The notes under the pieces are model-generated. The model searched no databases. It was not told the origin of the DNA and worked only from the letters and a program-made list of their open reading frames with translations. A stretch of 64,000 nt of DNA, from positions 1 to 64,000 of the IMG/VR virus record IMGVR_UViG_3300048672_000851; one strand, given 5' to 3'. A program made the position numbers and the translations under genes. Numbering within the stretch: the stretch's first letter is position 1; every line of letters begins with the position of its first letter. Shown piece after piece: positions 58,239 to 64,000 of this stretch. Source of the DNA: a virus.

Positions 58239-59663
58239 TTACCACTTGGCAACTGTTTTGCAAAGTGCAATACGTTCTGGACGAGTTACCAGAATACCGT
58301 AGTACCATTTGATTGACATGAAGCCAGATTCACCGTATGGATCTGTGCGGTCAGCAGTTTCTTCGCCCGGTTTTTTGTGGAAGATCTTGAACTTAGTTGA
58401 AGAACCACCAGTTTGGAAACCGATTGTAGTAAACGCATCTGAACCAACAACCAACATTGGGAATACATCGTACTTCTCAGTAACACCGTCAGTAGATGAA
58501 CGGTAGCCAGAGTTAGCTGTTACAGTAGCACCAGCACGCGCCCAGTACATCATTTCTGGAACCACGATTACACGGAAGTCTGCAACTTTACCGATTTCAC
58601 CTTCGGCCAGAGTAGTACCAGCAGCGTAGTGTTCAGCAGCAACCCAAGCAGGTTCACCAAAGTAATCAGTCATCTGTTCCAGCATTGGGATCAATTCAGA
58701 ACCAACGTACATGAAACGAGCATTGTTGATTACTTTGGTATCAATCATACGAGTACCAGTAACCATCTTGGTATCACGAGGACAACGGTTGTTATCCAAG
58801 TCAATAGACAGACGTTTCAAACTTGCGTAAGAAATTACTGAAGGAGTACCTTCACCTGTCATTGTACCGTTTGATGTTGCAGTACCACCATAACGAACTA
58901 CACCAGCAGCGTTCAACAAGTCAATTTGCAATGCATCTTCAGTGATTTCGTTAGCACCTAAGATCATTTCACGGTTAACGTGTTGCAGCAAATCTGCATC
59001 AGTATCGAAATCCAGAGATTCTTGCGTGTATTCGGTGAAGAAACCGAACTTAGCAAAAGTACCTTTCAGTTCACGACGTTTGAAACCAACTCGGTTAACA
59101 CGACCACCGTTTTCAGTCAGTGATGGTAATTTACCAGAGATGTAACCAACGTCTTTAGATGAACCATACAGGTTGCCTGCTACTGGTACAGCAGATTCAG
59201 AATCAACAATGATAATGTTGTACGGAGCAACAATAGCATTGGCTTTAGCAGCAGCGTAGTTAGCGCCCGGAATACCTAATTCTTTGCTCAGAATTAAGAA
59301 AGCTTTAGCTTCAGCTTGAGTTGTTGCTTGTGTTGAGTTTGAACCTTCACCAACAGCATATTTAGTGGTGTACAAACCTTCTTTTACCAGAGAGATCTTG
59401 ATGGTCTTTTCTACAGTAGTAGAAGCACCAGCAGCATCAATACCCATGTCGTTGATGTTGGCATCATCTAACAATGGAATGTATTGATAAACTTTGATCT
59501 CCTTACCCATGTTTTTAGGCATGTTGGTAGTGTCTGCCAATTGAGAGAAGTACTGTTGTTTCTTCGCTTCAATCAGTGCCTTTTTGATCCAGTAAAAGGT
59601 ATTAAACTGTGTGCCAACTGTACTTGGAGTACCGCCAGTTGGGTTATTATACTTCATCGTCAT
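58239..59663 (-). CDS. Major capsid protein (N4 gp56-like)
   Basis: [51 protein letters not shown]. Confidence 0.95.
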   Translation of the reverse strand: MTMKYNNPTGGTPSTVGTQFNTFYWIKKALIEAKKQQYFSQLADTTNMPKNMGKEIKVYQYIPLLDDANINDMGIDAAGASTTVEKTIKISLVKEGLYTTKYAVGEGSNSTQATTQAEAKAFLILSKELGIPGANYAAAKANAIVAPYNIIIVDSESAVPVAGNLYGSSKDVGYISGKLPSLTENGGRVNRVGFKRRELKGTFAKFGFFTEYTQESLDFDTDADLLQHVNREMILGANEITEDALQIDLLNAAGVVRYGGTATSNGTMTGEGTPSVISYASLKRLSIDLDNNRCPRDTKMVTGTRMIDTKVINNARFMYVGSELIPMLEQMTDYFGEPAWVAAEHYAAGTTLAEGEIGKVADFRVIVVPEMMYWARAGATVTANSGYRSSTDGVTEKYDVFPMLVVGSDAFTTIGFQTGGSSTKFKIFHKKPGEETADRTDPYGESGFMSIKWYYGILVTRPERIALCKTVAKW

Positions 59664-59675
59664 AACTCATTCCTT

Positions 59676-60836
59676 CTAATAGCGATTTGCAGAAAGTTTT
59701 TCAAATTCATCATCTGATAAATCCAATGGATTAAAATCAGACTGTTTACTTGTTGTAGTCTTCGCCTTAACTGGTGAAGCTACTTGCTTTTGTTTTCTTA
59801 CTGTCTGTGGATCAACTACATTAGACGGTTTACTTGCTGGTTTAACTACACGTTTTGGAACTACAGTGGCTTGTTGAGCTTGTTGTTCACGTACATGTTG
59901 TTCGTACAGATCGTTGCCTGTCTGGATGTAAGCTTGATAATCACTTACTGAATTACTAATTTGGCCTAACATTCTCCGTCTTTGTACTTCAGCGGATACA
60001 TGTTCAAATAGCGATTTCCCTGTACTATCTGGAACCATGTGATCATGAAGTTGACGTAAAATTTCAGGATTATTGTAAATCTCTCCGCGACTATCATTAT
60101 CCCACTGTTTAGTGACAACTGTGTTTAACTTAGCAAAATGATTACTGTCTTTCAGTTCATTAATTACTTCATCTAATACCACATCATTATCACTTACAGC
60201 TTTAGCTGTTGGAACATACTTATCACCAAGTGATTTATCTAAGTCCAACGGATCTAAATTACTGTCAGCTAATAGTTTAGCTATTGCTTCTGGATTCTTA
60301 TTCTTAACGTCAATCAAGAAAGCAATTTCATTTTCGTCCAAAAGTTTATTTTGTTCAAGTGTTTTAAGCAATTTCATATGGGGTTTAATGCCAGCCATCT
60401 TCTTATGATAATTGGCACCCATTTGAATTAGCTGAATTGCTTCATCAACACTCTTTAGTTTGATTTCACCACCATTAGCTTTAATTGGTGTATTTAAAAT
60501 ACGATCCAATTCACTTTTATGGTTTAATTCTTCTGGCTTAGCTTCAGGTTTACTTTCTTCTGAATCATCACTTTCTTCTTGTTCTTCTGATTCATCAGTA
60601 TTTTGATCATCTTTAGATTCATCTTCAGATGATTCTTCGTCTTCGATTTGTTCGCCTTCTTCGCCAGAATCTTCGTCATCATCTTGATTCTCTTGTTCTT
60701 CTGAACCAGATTCATCTTGATCTTCAGATTCTTCTTCTACTTCGGCTTCAACTTCTTCTTCATTGTCTGTAACTTCTTCTGGTTCAGACATATTCAGAAT
60801 ATCATCATCAGACATTTCTAGAAAATTTTTAGACAT
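59676..60836 (-). CDS. N4 gp57-like scaffold protein
   Basis: Acidic N-terminus, KANG, QMGANY, NPLDLSDDEF. Confidence 0.85.
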   Translation of the reverse strand: MSKNFLEMSDDDILNMSEPEEVTDNEEEVEAEVEEESEDQDESGSEEQENQDDDEDSGEEGEQIEDEESSEDESKDDQNTDESEEQEESDDSEESKPEAKPEELNHKSELDRILNTPIKANGGEIKLKSVDEAIQLIQMGANYHKKMAGIKPHMKLLKTLEQNKLLDENEIAFLIDVKNKNPEAIAKLLADSNLDPLDLDKSLGDKYVPTAKAVSDNDVVLDEVINELKDSNHFAKLNTVVTKQWDNDSRGEIYNNPEILRQLHDHMVPDSTGKSLFEHVSAEVQRRRMLGQISNSVSDYQAYIQTGNDLYEQHVREQQAQQATVVPKRVVKPASKPSNVVDPQTVRKQKQVASPVKAKTTTSKQSDFNPLDLSDDEFEKLSANRY

Positions 60837-60841
60837 GGTTA

Positions 60842-61177
60842 TTATTCCTCTGTTTCCATTTCAGCCTGTGCTTCTTTTAATTGTTTAAGGTAATCGGCTG
60901 CTTCTACTGCGGGTGAATGAATTGAATTTAAATAACGGTGAAATGCAGTTACACCATCAAGAGATTTTTTAATTGATTCTTGAACCAATGGATTTTTTTC
61001 AACATCTTCTCGTGAAGCTGCTTGAAGTAAGTCAGCAGGAAACTTTTTCAAATAACCTTCAAGAACCAACTCTTGAAAATCTGGATTAGCTTTTAAACGA
61101 TCCAGTTTTTCTTTCTGTTTAACTAACAACTCACATTGCTCAATTAATTCATTAAGATCTTCAGTTGTAACTTCCAT
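60842..61177 (-). CDS. N4 gp58-like protein
   Basis: RL..NPDF..LVLEGY motif; synteny. Confidence 0.8.
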   Translation of the reverse strand: MEVTTEDLNELIEQCELLVKQKEKLDRLKANPDFQELVLEGYLKKFPADLLQAASREDVEKNPLVQESIKKSLDGVTAFHRYLNSIHSPAVEAADYLKQLKEAQAEMETEE

Positions 61178-61227
61178 CGTAATTTCCTCGTGTCCTCCCC
61201 CATATTTCAGGGGGAGATTTCTGTTAA

Positions 61228-63348
61228 TTACTCTTTTGTAGATTTAGCTTTCGCGCTTTCTTTTAAGAGTGTTTCTTGTGCTTTTACCATACCTTGTTCA
61301 CGAATCTTTTGTAATTCGCGTTCTTGGTTAGTTCCTGTTTCCTCTTGAACATAATTCAAGAGACTTTCATCAGCTTCATTGTTATGCTTGCGAGCTTTAG
61401 CAATTTCAGCCTGAGTTTTACCTTCATTTAATCCAACATTACTTAATGCTGCTTGTGCCTTAGCATTTGCTTCATTAATTTGTGCTCTTAACAACTCAAC
61501 TTCCAATTTAGCTTTCTCAACTGCAATTGGATCTGGTTGTGGATTATATTCTTCAATCTTCTTCGCTAACAATGGCATTTTACGTAATTTAGCAATATCA
61601 CTTAACAACATTTTTGTGATATTGAAATCCATATTGTTACCCATTGTTTGCAGCATGTAGGCTAATTCTTCTGCCTTTTGATTGTCAACTTCTGCTGTTG
61701 AAATAGCTAGTTTTAAATCAAAATTACCTGCTAAATCATCTCTACGTACCTGAACAAAACGATTGTTAGTGATACGTACAGTTTCTTCTTCAGATAACCA
61801 CACTGCATTCATTGCAATGATCTTACGGCCAATAGTCTTAAGTCCTTCTGCCAGTCTCCGTAAGATTTCCAAATCACGTTTACTAGTCGCATCCAACGCA
61901 CTACGAACGCCTGTAGCCGTATTCCCTAAAGCCTGACCACTGATACCACCTGAGAAGGATTTAACCCCTGTCAGCGATTCTGCTTCGCTTTGTTGAAGCT
62001 GGAGCATAGTATAAGCCGACTGAGGAATTTCAGGAAATTTATGTACATGGAACGCTTGTTCTGGGTTAACCCCCGGATTGAATGCGTAGTCATCCCCTTC
62101 CTTGAACCGCTTCAAATTTAACGTATCCAGAATGCCCTTGGCGTAACCAATTTGACCATTGGCACTTCTGGCCATCAAATCGACCATACCCCTTGTAACG
62201 GCTCCTATGATCTTCTGGTTGTCTTCTAACAACTCAGCATCACATTCACCATAGTTTTCTTCAAACACAGGTAAGTATTGTGCAATAGAGAATGGCAGTG
62301 ATTTATCTGGAAACGGGTTTTCTTCCAGCAAAATCATTGTATCGCCCACAAACGTAGCTACGATTGGCTTAGTAATACCAGAACCATCAATATCCCAGTA
62401 ACCCCAATACTCGTAACACACTAACTTCTGTCTTGGCTTATCACTGAAGTTAAATTTCTTATCATTGAAATCAATATCTTCAGCAGCTAAGTAATCAACA
62501 TTGATATTATCTAGTTGATCCAGATTCTTATAATTCTTATTGCTTTTCTTTAAGTCAGACAGAGTAGTTGTGTATTTATAAATTACAAATGATGCTTTAG
62601 ATAAATCACCTTTAGCGGTTGGATCAATCATTACATGTTTGTAATTACACACTTCAATCGTAGGGCAGTTCTTAACTACTCTAGATTTCTTAACCATCTC
62701 TGTTCTAACAAAAGAAGGTACAACTGGAATTTGATTTTCCATTGTTAGTTGTAATGCTTCTTTCCATTCTTTTGGAACAGTAGCTTCAAATTGGTGTGGA
62801 TCACCTTGAGATAATTGTTGAACCATTTCTAATTCTGCTAAGTCATCTGGACTAGCAGCTTGAATGTATTCATAAATATCTTCTTCTTCTTCGTATTCTT
62901 CTTCGGCGTATTCCCAACCTACTTTGCATATTACTGTCCCTGTATTTACAGCAGCACGTACATAGTCATTAATAAACTTAACTTTATTAATTTTAGTATT
63001 GAATTGGTTGTTAATTACTAATTGGTTCTGCTCTGCTGCAAATTGATCATCAGCAGCTACAGGTTCAATGTTGAATAAGTCATCAGTACTTAAGAATGGT
63101 TCAGATAAAGATGCATAACGCCATTCAGCTTGTTTACGAATAAGCCGAGGTGTAATTGATGAACGTCCTTTAATCTTCTTTACAGCAGCAGTGTTGGATA
63201 CATTCAATAAATCCATGTAACCATCAATCTTTCTTACTTGCTCGCTATGAATAGACTGGACTTCAGTTAAGTCTTTCTTTAAATCACTAACTTTAGGTTC
63301 ATTAGACCAGCTAGTTAGCTTTACGATTTCTGGCTTATCTTCAATCAT
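61228..63348 (-). CDS. Portal protein (N4 gp59-like)
   Basis: LTSWSNEP, KQAEWRYASLSEPFL, YEYWGYWDIDG, AESLTGVKSFSGG. Confidence 0.95.
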   Translation of the reverse strand: MIEDKPEIVKLTSWSNEPKVSDLKKDLTEVQSIHSEQVRKIDGYMDLLNVSNTAAVKKIKGRSSITPRLIRKQAEWRYASLSEPFLSTDDLFNIEPVAADDQFAAEQNQLVINNQFNTKINKVKFINDYVRAAVNTGTVICKVGWEYAEEEYEEEEDIYEYIQAASPDDLAELEMVQQLSQGDPHQFEATVPKEWKEALQLTMENQIPVVPSFVRTEMVKKSRVVKNCPTIEVCNYKHVMIDPTAKGDLSKASFVIYKYTTTLSDLKKSNKNYKNLDQLDNINVDYLAAEDIDFNDKKFNFSDKPRQKLVCYEYWGYWDIDGSGITKPIVATFVGDTMILLEENPFPDKSLPFSIAQYLPVFEENYGECDAELLEDNQKIIGAVTRGMVDLMARSANGQIGYAKGILDTLNLKRFKEGDDYAFNPGVNPEQAFHVHKFPEIPQSAYTMLQLQQSEAESLTGVKSFSGGISGQALGNTATGVRSALDATSKRDLEILRRLAEGLKTIGRKIIAMNAVWLSEEETVRITNNRFVQVRRDDLAGNFDLKLAISTAEVDNQKAEELAYMLQTMGNNMDFNITKMLLSDIAKLRKMPLLAKKIEEYNPQPDPIAVEKAKLEVELLRAQINEANAKAQAALSNVGLNEGKTQAEIAKARKHNNEADESLLNYVQEETGTNQERELQKIREQGMVKAQETLLKESAKAKSTKE

Positions 63349-63402
63349 AGATGTTCCTTAAAGTGGTCATGTAGCTTAACAGACCAAAGGGGCAAAAGCC
63401 CC

Positions 63403-63729
63403 TTATCTTAACCAAATATTAGACATGTTTTCCACAGCAAGAACAAAAGCTTCCTTGAGTTCGGATACCAGAATGTTAGTAGGTACCCCTGATCCAGTAT
63501 CAGCTAAACTCCACTGAATAGTATCTGAGTCAGCTTTACCGGACAACTCGCAAGCTTTAATAGCTCTGGCCATACGGTCTTGTGCTGCTTCATTAGCATC
63601 AAAGTATAAGCCAGATTGAGTAATTACAACCGCTTTTTCCAGTAAGTTCTTACGAGTAGATACAAATAATTCTACTTCTTTTTCTGCTTGGATCTGAGCA
63701 GTAGTTTTAATAGTTTCAGGCTTGAACAT
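63403..63729 (-). CDS. DUF4376-like tail-fibre-associated protein
   Basis: FDANEAAQDRMARAI..IQWSLAD..ELKEAF pattern. Confidence 0.7.
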   Translation of the reverse strand: MFKPETIKTTAQIQAEKEVELFVSTRKNLLEKAVVITQSGLYFDANEAAQDRMARAIKACELSGKADSDTIQWSLADTGSGVPTNILVSELKEAFVLAVENMSNIWLR

Positions 63730-64000
63730 CTACAATCTCCCATTCAATAGGACAAGGAACTTCACCTTGCTCTACTGTAAATTGATAATCAGCAATATTT
63801 AATGATTGTTCTTTTACTGCTTTAGTTGAATCGTATGGGTAGTGTAGATTCAAATGAATTACACCATTAATACGTTTAACTTCACCTACAGCGGGATACG
63901 TAGCTTCAGCTACGCACCCTTCTTCAATTAAACTTAAATCATACTCAGTACCATTATAAGTAATTGTGTCACCATCAACTTCAATTACTGGATAATCTTG
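63716..64000 (-). CDS. Tail-fibre-associated protein (5' end outside window)
   Basis: Read by hand: ..IEVDGDTITYNGTEYDLSLIEEG..VGEVKRINGVIHLNLHYPY..VQA*. Confidence 0.6.
   Translation of the reverse strand, partial: QDYPVIEVDGDTITYNGTEYDLSLIEEGCVAEATYPAVGEVKRINGVIHLNLHYPYDSTKAVKEQSLNIADYQFTVEQGEVPCPIEWEIVDVQA

Noticed and set aside
42467-60715. Many short plus-strand or off-frame ORFs in the structural region
   Set aside because: Shadow ORFs of long genes; no RBS and atypical composition
60480-60800. Low-complexity TCTTCA-rich repeats
   Set aside because: Explained by the Asp/Glu-rich N-terminus of the gp57-like protein

Overview
About 64 kb of an AT-rich N4-like phage genome (Schitoviridae), circularly permuted so that the early region starts near 3.8 kb. 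Diagnostic genes are a 3,400-aa virion RNA polymerase, a two-subunit T7-like RNAP II, and N4-type portal, capsid, terminase, primase, SSB and family A DNA polymerase. Early and middle genes lie on + (3.9-42.4 kb); virion and packaging genes lie on -. The most unusual features are: (1) a ~1.2 kb non-coding cluster at 9.73-10.96 kb with four long stems sharing conserved terminal boxes, pseudoknot cargoes, anti-Shine-Dalgarno loops and a tmRNA-like PK1+tag (ANDDMFRAVA*) module with no visible tRNA-like domain; (2) two distant copies of a RepL-like gene, each preceded by hairpin, TATATATATGG and two palindromes 31 bp apart; (3) a DNA polymerase gene broken by an HNH-AP2 endonuclease with no recognisable intron or intein; (4) two classes of hairpin promoter; (5) anti-defence candidates (Acb2, DarG-like macrodomain, TerB/tciAB) and a tandem paralog family. 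All family assignments come from remembered motifs and synteny, and all RNA folds were paired by eye. No searches or folding programs were run.
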